A DNA stretch of 64,000 nucleotides from Eledone cirrhosa (Eukaryota): NCBI GenBank assembly GCA_964016885.1, contig OZ024742.1:2852001-2916000 (forward strand), in the 5' to 3' direction. Below the pieces are notes generated by a model. The model was not told where the DNA came from. It ran no database searches and saw nothing but the letters and a program-made list of their open reading frames with translations. Shown one piece after another: positions 39,165 to 52,524 of this stretch. The first letter of the stretch is position 1; each line of letters starts with the position of its first letter. Made by a program: the position numbers and the translations under genes.

Positions 39165-42100
39165 GGCAACAGCAACAACAAACAAAACAAGAACAACAAC
39201 ACCAAGAACAACAACACCAATAACAACAGCAAGAATGACAACACCAACAACAAGTGCATCAGAAGCACCACATTTGCTGCAGCAGCAGAAAAAAAGCGCT
39301 TATTGGATTTTGATATTAGCGATAAAGACGAACAGTTGGCCCAGGCGTGGGGGCTAATTAAACGGGAGAAGCCCTGGGCGATCCTGACCATCCCGGAAGG
39401 GGCAATAGCGGCCATGCAAAGGAGGACGGTGTACTTTCGATGCATTTCAGTGCAGACACGAAAAGTGGAACTTGCCAGCCAAGCAGAGGTCGAGGCTGCT
39501 TTGGAGTACATCGAAAGTAACATAGAGTATAAAGCAAGAGGCAAACAGTTCGGTACCATCTCGGTACTATTCAAAACCGAGGCCCTTGCTATTAAGCACT
39601 CTGTGACCCCCTGCAGAACGGAACGCATTATCATGCATCCGTCCTACATGGGTAAAAAGGACAGTAAAGGTGCGCATTCCCAGCATCCCACCTGGAATGA
39701 ACATATGGTGGTTGCTGGGATGCGTAATCGAGGAGGGGACAGACACTACCCTCCTGGATATCAAAAGGACACAGAGAGAGGACTGGTCCGGAATGGATTT
39801 GGAGATTTTTCTCCAAATGAAACCGGAGGACATGAACAACATCCCGGATTTTGCCCGCCTGCAGGACGGGACAACAATCCAACTAATCACTGACGGAAGA
39901 AGGCTACGCTGCTTCGTCTGCGAGGAAGTAACGCATCTGCAAGCCTTCTACACTCAGCGCAAAATTGCAGGGGGTGGCAAACCTCCTTTGTTGCCAACGC
40001 CAGTGTCAGCACGGAAAGCTGCACCACCACCACCACCAAAAACAAACAAACAAAGACACGGACACCAACATCAAAAACAGCCGGATCACCACCAACACCA
40101 TAACCAATCCAAGGGGAAAACGAGGAAAGCTCTCCCACTCCCCCAACCCCCCAATTATACACATAGACAAAACAATAAACGCACATACAGACACAGAGAC
40201 ACGCACAGTCACAGACCCTTTGTCTTCCAGCAGCGAAGATGAAGGAAAACCCCAAAGTGCAAAAAAAAAAACAGAGAAAACTCACAAAAAAAAGCCCCAA
40301 CAAAACACAAAAACATACACAACAAAAAATACAGACACCACTAACGTAAACACTTCCCCAATAACATCAGCACCAACAGCAACATCAACACCACCCCCAC
40401 AATCCCTGAAACGCAAACAACCTAAACAAACATAAGTACAAATAAACACACAAATACCTGAAATTGCAGACACCACACCTACAACAAACACAGACATATC
40501 CGAAACAACACCACCAAAACCATCACCACCACAGTCACCAAAACGAAAACAAATAAAACCACACCAACATAATGTTAAAAACTTCGTGCTTGTCAGAAGG
40601 GCCAACGATAAACTGATGGCCCTCTTAGCACGAAGCGAGGACATTCAAACAGAGGGAGAGACTTTTGAAATGAGCATATTTTGCGTGCCAGAAGATTTGC
40701 TTCTGGTCCGAATGTCACCCAATTTTATCAAAGAAATTCGAGAGAGCTTTCCTCAAGACGTGGGAACCCGGAATGTGAAACCCACATCGAAAAAGAAACC
40801 CCATCAACCATGGAGGTCGAACCACCCGACCTCACAAGACCCTGGAGGTAAGTAAACATTCCCTCTCTCTCTTAGCTTACCAACATGGCCATATTAAGAG
40901 TAGGAAGTTTAAATGTTCGCGGCCTGGGGTCACCCTGGAGGCAGGGTCGCCTGCTCACCGACCTCAGGTCGCTGGAAATGGATGTGATTGCCGTCAGCGA
41001 GACCAGAATTTTCGACACGCGCGCACTAGCCCACATTTTCGACGACTATCAGATCTTCACATCTGTTAGCAGGCCGCAAATGGGGTGGGGGGGTGGGGGG
41101 GTGGCAGTGCTGTTTTGGAAAGGACTGGATCTCGAGGTAAGGTCGATCTTCCGGGACCCGGACGGTAAGTTGGTGGTCTTGGATGTGAGCAGTAGAGAAG
41201 GTGGTGCCTTTAGACTGCTGGCCGTCTACGCCCCTACAGGGGCCGGACGACCGGACTTCTTTCGGCGCCTGGAGACATTTCTGGGTACATCTCGCCCTTT
41301 ATTGTTAGCGGGGGACTGGAATTGCATCTTAGACGCACGCTGGGATTGTGTGGGAGTAACGAATAGGAGCGGGGGGTGCAAAAGCCTCAAGCACCTACTC
41401 ATCTAGTTCCAACTGTCTGACAGGTATCGAATAGATTTCCCCAATGTGCAAGTATGGACATGGACCAACCGAATGGGGTCATCTAGATCGTATATAGACA
41501 GGATCTTCATTAGGAAAATAGATAGAAATAGTGTGGGCTGCCCACTTTTTAAAACGGTCGCCTATTCAGATCACAAATTTGTGATCTGTACGGTCGACCT
41601 AAATAAAACGCGTAGGTTAGGACCGGGTTACTGGAAGCTGAACATGTCATTTCCGGCACGTAAGGCTTACAGGGACCGAGTCAACAATTTAGTTAAGCAA
41701 AAGTTGACAGGGGGGATCATCAACAACAGATGGTGGGGGCTCTCAAAAGAGATATTAGAGTAACTAGCGTTAGAGAAAAATAGAAAGGAGGGGGATCTGG
41801 TAGATAAGTTAGACGAGGCTATTTGTAGTGGCATTGCAACTGACCTGCTAGCGGCGAGAATGGCATTAGACCATTTCTTCAATGCGAAACATGAAGGGTG
41901 CATTGTCAGAGCTAAGGCGCGTGCGCTGAGAAACGAATGAAACCAAAGCTGTTCGATGGGCCCGCGTGGCGGAGGCGCAGCGTGGTAATAAAACCACAAT
42001 TTGGTCTTTGGCGGACCGAGACGGACACGAGATAAGCGATTCCAAGCGGATGTGTGAAGCCCTTCGCCAGCACTTTGCTCGGTTGTTCGAGGAGAGTGGC

Positions 42101-44577
42101 GAGTCAGAGAGAGTAGCGGATTTCAGTCCCTACCTTGACGGCTTGCCGCGCATCTCGACGCTCGACGCTGAGCGCTGCGAAAGGCCGATTACTTCAGCCG
42201 GATTTCAGGACGCCTTTGTCGGCTGCATGAGGTGCAAGTCACCAGGTTTGGATGGCCTGCCCTACGAGCTTTGCGTAAATATGCCAGACTTGTTCTCCGA
42301 ACTCCTCGAAGCACTCTACTGCAACTGGCAGCAGAATGGGAGTATTCCCAGTTCTGTGAGCAGGGGAGTGGTGACGCTGACAAGGAAAGATGAGAACAAG
42401 AGGGATACATTAGAAAACTTCATGCCAATAACTCTGCTCAACACAGAGTTTAAGATTTTGGCCAAGGTTTTAGCAAAGAGATTGGCGCTTGTCGTGGAGG
42501 ATTTGTTTGGGGAGGCGCAAACTTGCGCAATCCCAGCCAGGTCCATACACGACAATCTCCACATCATGCGATACATCATAGAGAGGGTAGGGTGTAAACC
42601 TGGCTTCGGTGGGGCACTGATCAAATTAGATCAATCGAAAGCATTCGATAGGATCGACCATCGGTATCTGGAGTTTGTCCTCAAAGCAGCTGGCTTTGGC
42701 CCTGTCTTCAGAAGCTGGATCGCTGTAATGCACAGCGGCACACGCTCAGTGGTCAAAGTTAATGGCCACCTCTCGGAACCATTTCGGCTCTCCCGATCGG
42801 TCCGTCAAGGGTGCCCGCTCTCTTCCCTTCTGTACGTATTGACTCTCGAGCCTTTACTGCGGAAGCTGGAGCTGTTGCAGGGCATCCCGCTCGAACCGGG
42901 ACGTGGAACGGCGGTGACGGCTTATGCGGACGAAATCACCGTGATGGTGTCGAACACCTCAGAGAACGAGGTGGTCGGCACCTTATTGAAGGAATATGAA
43001 AGGTTGACAGGAGCGAAACTTAACCCGAAAAAGTTGGTGGGCTGGCAGCTCGGAACCTGGAGAGGCAGGCCCATGCCGTCCAACAGCGTCGGGGGGGGGG
43101 GGGGGGGGCTGGAGGGACGGACCGGTAAAGTTGCTCGGGGTTTGGTTCGGACCAGAACTGCAGGTGGAAAAGAATTGGGACGAGGTAACGAACAGAGTAG
43201 CCAGTCTCACCCAAAAATGGGCTGGGAGGAAGCTATCACTGAAAGGTCGCACGGAGGTGGCGAATGCGTACATCGCGCCAGTTATCTCCTACCGCCTGAC
43301 CGTCGTCTCTTGCCCCCGTCCGCGCCTCGTCAAGTTGGAACGGCTCCTCTTCAAATTCTTGTGGAGGGGACAAGTTCCGTTGGTGAGGCGGTCCATCTGC
43401 TGCCAGCACCCTCTACGCGGAGGGCTGGGCATGCAGTGGCTAATGATGCACAGACATGCGTTGAGGCTGCGACATCTCCAGATATTCTGCCACAACGGTG
43501 TACAGGTGTGGTCGCCGTTTATCAGACGGGCCTTTCCGCAGCTCATTTCTTTGACTGAGCTGCAGTCCTGGGTCAAGAAGAGACCGAGACTGGGTGACTG
43601 GCACCTGGAATGTTGCCAGGCACTCACTGCCCTCTACCAAGCGGGCAATGCGATCAGTGGAACTTCCACTCTCGAGTTCTATAGAGGATTAGTGGTGGGA
43701 AAGTGCGATGGCGCACTCGGAGAATCTTTGGGCCTCGACTAAGTCGAATTGACTGTACCGGAGGACTTTCGAGCCCGGGACGATGGACATTTCCAGAAAT
43801 CCCTCGCTTGGCAGTGCTACCTGGGGGCACTGCCGGTTCGGGATAAACTCTACAGGCACGGAAATGCTGTCAGATGGACCTGCCCAAGATGCGCACAGAA
43901 CGACGAAACCGTTCTGCACGCACTTGTCCAATGTCCGTGCATTACTGACTTGTGGAGTTATGTCGAACAGCTACTGTCGCGTGTGGAACGAATCCGGCTA
44001 TCGGTCGAGTCCATAGTGAAGATCGACACGCCGCCTTCCTTAGGTCAGAAAGAGCAGGAAATGTTCCTCTGTCTGCTGGCAGATGCGAAAGAGGTTATAT
44101 GGTGGACCAGGTTAAAAGGACTGAAGACAGACACTTTTCTCTTCAGCCAATCCCTCATCAACTTCTTCAAGTTTCACCTGGAAAGGAAGATGAGGGTGGA
44201 GAGAGAAGTGCTGCTTCCCAGTACATTTGCTAAAAGGTGGGTGAATGTGGCGAGAATGGCTCGTGTGAATGGGCCTACTCTGACCATGCGCCTATAGGCT
44301 AGCTAACTTGAGGAGAGCGGTGTTCTCCCTGGGTGCCCTAGAAACGCAGGGTGGTTCAGGATTGGTGGGGTACCCTAGTCACCCCAGGGTCGTCCACCCC
44401 CTATCGGGGAATTTATTTTGTTATATTTATGCATAGTTTATTTTATATTCTTACATCTTCATTGTTAAATTAGTCTTGCCATTGTGCACTTTTACTCGAC
44501 TTTATTGTAAAACCCCACTGTCCCTGTCTTTGTATTGTCCCCTACATGTCGGCCCTTGTGGCTAATAAATGAAATCA
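39165..44577 (+). mobile_element. Tx1/L1-clade LINE, near full length, decayed
   Basis: ORF1 remnant at 39170-40855, ORF2 at 40885-44297, and a 3' UTR ending CCCTTGTGGCTAATAAATGAAATC. Confidence 0.93.
40885..44297 (+). pseudogene. LINE ORF2: APE, RT and C-terminal zinc finger; stops and frameshifts
   Basis: SLNVRGL, VYAP, AGDWN, SYIDR, SDHK, GYWKLN, SPGLDGLP, LDQSKAFDR, SVRQGCPLS.LLY, AYADE, GGLG, CPRC...ET..H.L..C. Confidence 0.93.
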
Positions 44578-44579
44578 TT

Positions 44580-46071
44580 ATAATTATAATTATAATTAAT
44601 ATTATGTTTAATATCATGGTTAATTGCCTTATCATTATTGTCGATGTATTTAATTTCATTATTATAGCCTGCTCTACTTAAAGCTTCGTTATAATATTGT
44701 GCCTTATCTTCAAATATATTTTTATTCGCTGAAATTCTAGAAATACGTTGCTGTACAGAATTTACGATAGTGTTCTTAACAGATCTAGGATGATTAGAGT
44801 TAAAGTTAACATAATTTAAATTCTCCTTAATTTTATGGAATGGCTAGTAAAGCCCAGTATTAAGGTTTAATGTTACGTCTAAAAAGTTAACTATTTTATA
44901 ATTATTCTCTATTTCTAACTTAAGATTATAGCTGCTAAACAATTCTAATATTGATTTTCTTTTTCTATTGATTTCACAATTATTATTATTTTCAATTAAC
45001 AGCAGCATATCATCACGATATAAACCACCGGTCATCTCCGGTAGTTTTCTATGTAATGCATTGTTAATAAAAAGCCCCACAAGATCTGTTAATTGCGCCG
45101 AGTCTGATGACCCCATAGTGATATCGAAATTATTATCTCTATCGGCTCTGGTCCAAAGATGGTTGTTAAATTTAATTAAGGTTTTCCGTGCAGTTAAAAT
45201 TATATGCATTTCATCGCTAGATAAATCAGTATATTTAGATGCGTAGATAAGGACCTTATTAAGTAAATTAGGAGTGATAGAGGAGTAGTAATTTGCAATA
45301 TCCATTTGAATGAATTTTTTGTTATGCTTATATTTTATAATTATTGAACCAATCTATAACTTCATTCGTCCCGTTCCAAAGTTTTAAGTAAGATATTTCT
45401 TTGAGTTACGGTATGATTCTATCTAATATATGTTTACTAACTATGCCTAAGTCTGATTTAGATGGTGCTATAAGTCTAACTGGTAATTCTATTGCAAAGT
45501 TTCTTTTGTGGTCTTTCAAATTAATTTTTGGTTTTCTAGGTATAAAGGGTTCGGTCCTATTTTCGAAGCCTAATTTATGAATTATATCAGAAGCTTCTCT
45601 GTTTAGCATTTCAAGGTCATCATTGGTTGCTCTCTTGTAGTTTTTCCTTAGTTCCTTCAATATAAGATTATTATATTCGTCCTTTTGCATTCCATATAGA
45701 TTGTTGGTTTTGTCAGATTTAACGAGAATTTTCTCAGTTCCTTCAATATTTTCTATATTATTCTTAAGACCTTTAAGGTATTCCTGGCCTACAAATTGGT
45801 TTTTCTTGAATTTGATGTTTTGTATAATTGGTATTATTTCATTTTCAAATTCCATTAATAGTTTGTTGTTAGGTGGATTTTTCTTGGATTTGAAGATCAT
45901 ATCGAAGTTGGATTTATTTGCTTTTTCATCTGATTTTCTATCGAAATGGAAAGCACGCCATCTAAGTCTTCTTATAAAGGAGTCCGATTTCTCAATGAGT
46001 TATTTGAGATAGACCTTATTCTTAGGTAGAGTTATGTCTTTTAGAGAAGAAGAGATCTTAAAGAATTCCAT
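44580..46071 (-). pseudogene. Penelope-like reverse transcriptase (decayed)
   Basis: ATG at 46071; F.RR.RW.A.HF, VKSDKT.N.Y, LKDHK.NF....P.RLI.P.KS.LG.VSK.ILD, DI..YY.SI, MGS.D.A...DLVG, GLYRDD, VNFLDV, NSNHP. Confidence 0.92.
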
Positions 46072-46257
46072 TATTTAATTATCAGTTATAATTTAAAGTG
46101 CTCAACAATAATAGAGCTAAATACATGCAGTAGTTATAATTTGTTGGGATTCCAACCAGCTTAAAAGTTTATAACTGATATAAAGCACTCAACAGTAAAC
46201 TGGAATGAATATTGAATATATTAATAAATGAAAATTATATTTATAAAGCCATAATTA

Positions 46258-46318
46258 TTTTATTATATATATTTCAAGGGCTACCAAGGCAGTCTTGGTG
46301 CACTTTCATCAGATAAAA
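46258..46318 (-). ncRNA. Minimal type I hammerhead ribozyme (family B, 5' pseudo-LTR)
   Basis: Same motif as 36787-36847, about 190 nt upstream of the RT start codon. Confidence 0.78.
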
Positions 46319-46469
46319 TACAAGATTTGTTTTATAAATATTGACATAACCGTTGAAAAACAACCTTGACGGTTGAAAGTTCGCTGGATAGTGGAAACAT
46401 TTTTTATTGAGGGCAATTCAAAGGTTGTTTTACCACGGTTATGTCAATATTTATAAAACAAATCTTGTA

Positions 46470-46530
46470 TTTTATCTGATGAAAGTGCACCAGGATTGCC
46501 TTGGTAGCCGTTGAAATATATATAATGAAA
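46470..46530 (+). ncRNA. Minimal type I hammerhead ribozyme (family B, inverted pseudo-LTR)
   Basis: TTTTAT CTGATGA AAGTGCACCAGGATTGCCTTGGTAGCCGTT GAAA TATATATA ATGAAA. Confidence 0.72.
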
Positions 46531-46570
46531 TAATTATGGTTTTATAAATATAATTTCCATTTATTAATAT

Positions 46571-46609
<39 letters not shown>

Positions 46610-46653
46610 AGAAAAAATTTACGAAATGCAAATGCGGGTATATAGAATTTATT

Positions 46654-46770
46654 AGGTAACAATTGTTTCTATAGTGTATGAGTTACCTATACCTCGCTAT
46701 TTGAATAATACACAAATATTATCAAAAGCCGAAAGTACACTGTAAGCCAACACACCATGTCATCAGACCT
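46654..46770 (-). ncRNA. Type I hammerhead ribozyme with a large stem II insertion
   Basis: Minus strand: AGGT-CTGATGA-C-ATGGTGTG...(about 70 nt)...TACACTAT-A-GAAAC-AATT-GTT-ACCT, with palindromic ACAATTGT as stem III. Confidence 0.72.
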
Positions 46771-47180
46771 TTGTATTAGAATGATATGAAAATATTTTAC
46801 ACACTAGATAAGAGATAAAGAAGGAGGTAGGAAGTGAAGGGGAAGAGGGAAGTGAGTAAGGTGGAGGGAGTCTTAGGGTTTAAGACTGTCAGACTAGTAG
46901 AGATTGTGAAGAGAGAATGTTTTGGCAGCAGTTAGCTTAATGAGGCGTGCTAAGGTTGGCTGGGAAGTAGATTCTTCTAGTGGTGTTGTTCGGACAAAAT
47001 TTAGTTAGAGGGGTCAAAGTGGTACAGTGTCACAGACAAGTTATTAGGGCTATTATAGTAGCAGGTTATTTCTAAAGGGGTCCAGAAAAACAGTGTTTAG
47101 TACTATTATTATATAAAGCCATATCTAGTGTATAAACATATAAGACAGAAATTTGCAAACGTTGGTGTAAAAAGGTAACA

Positions 47181-48017
47181 TTATATGCATTTAAAAAAAG
47201 AAAAAGTCGTTTTCAAACGATGGTTACAGTATAGAGAACGTTCAATTTTGCTGTTCAAAAGTTTGTTTACCGACGTTAAAATGCAGTATATCTCTAAATT
47301 GCATAACTTGCAGAATCGATGATTTTGCTGATATGCAGGCGCAGCTGCAATCATTTGCCAATCAAGGGAGAACGCTTGATTGTTCCTCCGAAGCTGCCAG
47401 GCTTTATCGGCGAGGGTTGTTACGGAGCGCATTTTCTCGTGCCTGATCGAAGATCGATGTTGGTATAGGCGAGCCTTGAAAGAAGTTGCGGTACATCCGA
47501 CGTAATACCATTTGTTGGTCCCGGAATTTATTGTACACCGGTAGACAATATTGCGTGCTAGGCACTGGTTATTTAGTGGGCACGTACCTGGTTTGGTGCA
47601 GTTACAACTATTTTTATGTTTTGCAGTAGAATCCTGGATAGTTTGGTGGGGTTGTGGCTGCGTATTAGTGCGTTGTATGTTGCTATGCTGGTGCGCTGAG
47701 TCATTAGGGATGTACTTATTCAGTATTGCTGAGTTGAGTTTTCTAATTAGTTGTTCTATGTTACGTGCAGTGGAGTATGAGAGTCTAATGGTGCGCGAGT
47801 TAAAGATTTTATAGTATTTATGTGAAGTTGTAAAGTGTTTATTGATTAGTGTATAGAATTGTGAGATAATCTTAGTGCTAATAGAAGAATTGTACACGGG
47901 GTTATACCATATGTACTCTCTACGTCTGACTCTATTTGCTGGTTTGCACCTGTTAGTATGCCTATTGATGTGTGTGCGTGGTGCAATACTAGTTCGACTT
48001 AGATGTGTTTTATTCAT
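47181..48017 (-). CDS. Penelope-like linker + GIY-YIG endonuclease (open fragment)
   Basis: WYNPVYN, HF...H.YYKIFN...RLSYS, CNC..CPL..C, IVYRC..YVGCT..FKARL..H, CKLC..E. Confidence 0.88.
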   Translation of the reverse strand: MNKTHLSRTSIAPRTHINRHTNRCKPANRVRRREYIWYNPVYNSSISTKIISQFYTLINKHFTTSHKYYKIFNSRTIRLSYSTARNIEQLIRKLNSAILNKYIPNDSAHQHSNIQRTNTQPQPHQTIQDSTAKHKNSCNCTKPGTCPLNNQCLARNIVYRCTINSGTNKWYYVGCTATSFKARLYQHRSSIRHEKMRSVTTLADKAWQLRRNNQAFSLDWQMIAAAPAYQQNHRFCKLCNLEIYCILTSVNKLLNSKIERSLYCNHRLKTTFSFFKCI

Positions 48018-48249
48018 AGTACTTATGTGGTTATCGTCTAGATATTCAATTTTCTCGCAGTAACCAGCTTTTCTAAGTGCATCATTATAATATTCAGCAT
48101 ATATATATTATATATACGTTATTCCGGGTTGAGTGGGAGGTAACCACAGTAAGTAAGGTACTCAATACATTGCAGAGTAATAACAGTTTTAATATAGATG
48201 AGATTCTACGGGACTAGAACTGTTTCATTCTTTAGAAATCATCAGGAAC

Positions 48250-48361
<112 letters not shown>

Positions 48362-48585
48362 TATGTCGGGTCACTCTTGAGTGCTACTGGTAACCTAGTA
48401 CAACCTGTCAACTGGTTGGGTCGTCGGCGACTAAACCGGCAAACCCTCCAAGTTTACTTGGTGAGGTGGGTGATTTTGGACAACCTGTAGGACAAAAAAC
48501 AAAAGCTAACAAAAGGCGAAGAACTCATAGAGGCAACAGCCATCCCAAAATGTCTAAATATGTATATACATATGTACATATGTAT

Positions 48586-49190
48586 GGTATCGGTTGGCAA
48601 AATCACTGATGAGGGACTAATTTTATAATATGTAATCCATGTGCAACCATGCAGTATTCTTCTTCCCCTTGTTTTTCATATATATTTACCTAAACTGCGA
48701 TTATCTGTTTCTCTCTTTCTCTCTTACTGCTCCTCCGTTCTCTCTGTTTCTCTTACCTTCTTTCATCCTCTCTGTCAGTTACACTTTTTCTCTCGACTGA
48801 CCTCTTCCTCGCACTTTTACTCACTCACTCTCTGTTTCTCTCCTTCTCACTTCCTCCCGTTCGCTAGTAGTGGGGTTCCTTCTTTCTCACACCGAACTCA
48901 CGGCGTACGGTCCGCTTCTCTGACCGCTCATGAAATTCACCCAGATTATGCTGATCGGATAACTACCATGTGGCTTGCTGTTTTCCAACCTTCGGTTTTC
49001 TTTTCCTTCTGTTGTTTACTTGTCTCACCGCTTTACGCGTTTCACTTGTCCCAATAGCTTATTTTAGTTATTGCTCGCACCAACCTGAGGTATCGGTTGG
49101 CAAAATCACTGATGAGGGACTCATTTTATAATATGTAATCCATGTGCAACCCTACAGTATTCTTCTTCCCCTTGTTTTTCATATATATAT
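48586..49190 (+). repeat. Non-coding element with about 100-bp direct terminal repeats (unit about 503 bp)
   Basis: GGTATCGGTTGGCAAAATCACTGATGAGGGACT...CCCCTTGTTTTTCATA at 48586 and 49089. Confidence 0.8.
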
Positions 49191-49199
49191 ATATATATA

Positions 49200-49940
49200 T
49201 AGTGGTAGAACACTGGAAGGTAATATCCGTAGTGGTAGAGCACTCAGTCCATGGGACGAGTTAGATAGATGTGGTTACACAACAGTTAGTTCACCATACC
49301 GAGAACAATTGTTTCACCTTAGCGGATCGTCAGCTGCTAATGGGCATGGTTATACAGAACAGGAAGGACAACCGTACGAACGCGCATGCGCAGAAACCCG
49401 TCACTTCACACAGGCAATACTAAAATGCGTGCGAGAGGTGTAAGGGAGATAACTGGGAAAGTCCGAAAAGTTTTTAGTTGATAAGAAAAAATATTGATGT
49501 TGTTACAATAATTCATTCAATCCGGAGCTTTGTAGTTATGCAATAGGTGTTTCGAGACGTGTGGACAACTTGTGAAAAATTCATATCTCGTGTTTAGGCA
49601 ATCACTATTGCATAATCTCTTTAAAATAGTTATTCGTTCGTCAATACACAGTCCACACGACGGATTTCCCCTTGCGTATTTCCCATCCGACTTAGTGATG
49701 GCTTTCCATTGAATGGAGTATTCTATACTTGAGTCTTTGAGGGACCATAGGTGGCTCGCGAGTTTCGTGGATGTACGTCTGTCCGGGTACCTAAAGATCG
49801 ACTGATGGTTCAGGAATCGTTCCTTAAATCGGCCCTCCGCCATGCCCACATAGGATTTGACCTCTTGTGGTTGGTTTGGTCGGTTGGAAGTGACCACAGC
49901 TTCATAAATTACAGCTGGTGTGTTGCATTGCTGTTGAAGT
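49200..49940 (-). mobile_element. 5'-truncated Penelope-like element (GIY-YIG 49940-49517) with a hammerhead-like motif at 49299-49338; shorter copy at 57929-58357
   Basis: VIYEA..YVGMA...FK.R..NH..F...T.LA...W.LK..CGLC..E..LN...E....C.H; minus-strand CTGACGA-TCCGCTAAGGT-GAAAC-AATT-GTT. Confidence 0.85.
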
Positions 49941-49974
49941 GTGCAAGCTTCGGGCTTTCCCCCTTCAACAGCAA

Positions 49975-50450
49975 TGCAACAAGATATAAAATACCACACC
50001 TGGGCAAGAATATCACCAACGCTATCCGCAGGGCTATTCGGAGGGAGGGCCTCGATATCCACCTGGCCCACTCGGGCCCTTCCCTGCGAAGATGCCTCTC
50101 CAGGAAACCCGGGAAATCGACTGACGCCTGGTCCCTCAGAAACTGCCCCATGCGCCATACGAACTGTTGCCTACGCACATACGTCGTGTATAAGGTAGAA
50201 TGTGATAAGTGCAACCACTACTATATCGGTAGCACAATTCGGCCGCTACACATCCGGATCAAGGAGCACATCAACACAAGGGTCTCGTCTTTCCGGAAAC
50301 ACATAACCAAATTGCGGAAACAAAGATGGAAGGCCCATTGTCACAGTGCTAGCGACAGAACGTAACGTCGGCACGTTACGAATCAAGAAAGCACTTTGGA
50401 TCAAACGCCTAGGGCCACAAATAATTAACCGATCCGAGAGAAGCGAAATG
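49975..50450 (+). pseudogene. GIY-YIG fragment of a different Penelope-like clade
   Basis: KIPHLG..IT..I.R.I, VVYKVEC..C..YYIGST.R.L..R.KEH, then a decayed LRIK.AL.I....PQIN. Confidence 0.8.
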
Positions 50451-50504
50451 AGGTGGTTGGTTTAAACAAACGAGGCAACAAGACACGCACACACACATAC
50501 ACAC

Positions 50505-50656
<152 letters not shown>

Positions 50657-51233
50657 GCAGTCACCAAACAAGCAGACGAAATGAGTTGATTTAAACAAAT
50701 GAGACAACAACACACGCACATACAGTAGCATTCACCAAACAGGCAGGAATACCACCACCACACGAATACACTATACAACACTGCTAATACATAAATCAGC
50801 ACAGACTGATAATACAATGGATTGACAGCTAACGTCACCCCACTCTCACAATTAAAAGAACTATTTCGGCCGTCGACCTCTGCTTGACAGAACTCATTTC
50901 GCGCGCGCGGGCTCTGCTGAATACCTAAGATATTCAAAACAACGAACAGTAGAGGACACGTATCGCTCCTCTCCGACAGATAACCTTCCCCCCCCCCCCC
51001 CCCCGGAAAAATCCCAGTTGATGGATGTGAATCCGAAATATAGGGACAATTAAATCTCTCCCAAGGTAACTCTATCTCGTGTTATTACTTTCATTTTTTA
51101 CGCTCTTTCCTACGTTCTTCTACACACTATACATCTCATTCTACATTCACTTACATCTCTCGCTTCACCACCGGATCTTGTTACCCGGAGAATTACCCAT
51201 CTGCATTGTTTAGGCTTCCAAAACGACCAAAAG

Positions 51234-51283
<50 letters not shown>

Positions 51284-52524
51284 AATGTATATGCATGTGC
51301 GCATAAGTGTGTATGTGCACGGGGACATAGAAATAATCGGGCTGGATACCCGATCGCGCAGTTAAACCACTGGGAGTAAAGAACCCCTAGTCTTTGTCAG
51401 GGCATTCTTCTAACAGACAACTCACGAAGTTGGTATAACTCCGACATAAAACCTACAGCTCAATAGTTACGGATAATGTTGATCAGTTCTTCTTTTCGGG
51501 TTATAGCTACTGTCGCTCAGAGAGTGGGATTGGCTTTCCTCACTTTAAATATATTTTTCACGCGCAGACCTTGCCCGAAAGAATTGATTAATAATTATTA
51601 ATAATGTTATATTGTGCAATGGCCATACTCGATAACGAGAGAGCAGCCATCATTTATATATATATACCGTTTTGTAAAAAGAGCTATACTTGTGAACGTG
51701 CGTAAGCATGTGTTTGTGTGTGTATATATATATATAGTATTTATATATACATATCTCTGTATGTCACTTTCTCTCTATATATGCCGGTATTAAAATGATA
51801 TATGACGGCATGCATATGTATAATAAATATATATGTCTAACTACAGGGGTATTTAATGGTGATCATGTCTCAGCTACCTCAGTAGCCATGTGAGAACGCC
51901 AGATGCTAGAGTTCGAAGACTTTTATACATCATCGGTGAGGTCTACTCACTTGGTACTAAGGAAAACATCAGCAGTAACGTATGTGCTTTTTGCGTGGGA
52001 AATATCTACTGGAAATGTACATTTCCATATAATGCAATCTTGATCTGTTAGAAATAGCAGCTGCATGTAGCATGGTTCGTAATAAAGGTGTAGTTATTTT
52101 CTCTCTGATAGCTAAATCATCGAAACTGAAAAGAACACCCAATCATTGAATATATCAATATATCCCTAACATATATGTCATGAAATATTTCACAAAATAA
52201 AGTTATTTTAATGTTAATGACACCCTATATTATTGTGTTATGTGTCAAGACGGAATTAATTATATTTTAGTGACAAATTAAATGACGGTTTTACTCTATC
52301 TCGATGTTTTTCATTCTAACGTTATGTTGCTATCCGTAATAAAACTGAAATGATATCTAATTCTTAAAGACATCACAAGTTTAAGTATCTTCTAAAATGT
52401 TTACAGCATGAAGGAAGCATAAATACTTAATATCGAAGTCGATTGCCTTGTTTTTTTTTATTTGACCCAGATTACTCATCTCCTTCGAACTTACTTATGT
52501 TAGAAATACAGCTTGAGACAGAAT

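Larger units (their letters stand above)
36650..46575 (-). mobile_element. Near full-length Penelope-like (Naiad-type) element, family B, interrupted by a Tx1 LINE
   Basis: About 290-bp direct repeats (46130-46422 and 36650-36945), each with a hammerhead, plus an inverted copy at 46423-46575. RT part 46071-44580; GIY-YIG part 39160-38335. Confidence 0.88.
46608..48100 (-). mobile_element. 5'-truncated Penelope-like (Naiad-type) element
   Basis: GIY-YIG ORF 48017-47181, 3' UTR with a hammerhead, and (TA)n on both flanks. Confidence 0.88.

Noticed and set aside
48605-48650. CTGATGAGGGA as a hammerhead (also at 49109)
   Set aside because: No GAAA segment or stem III was found at a suitable distance on either side.
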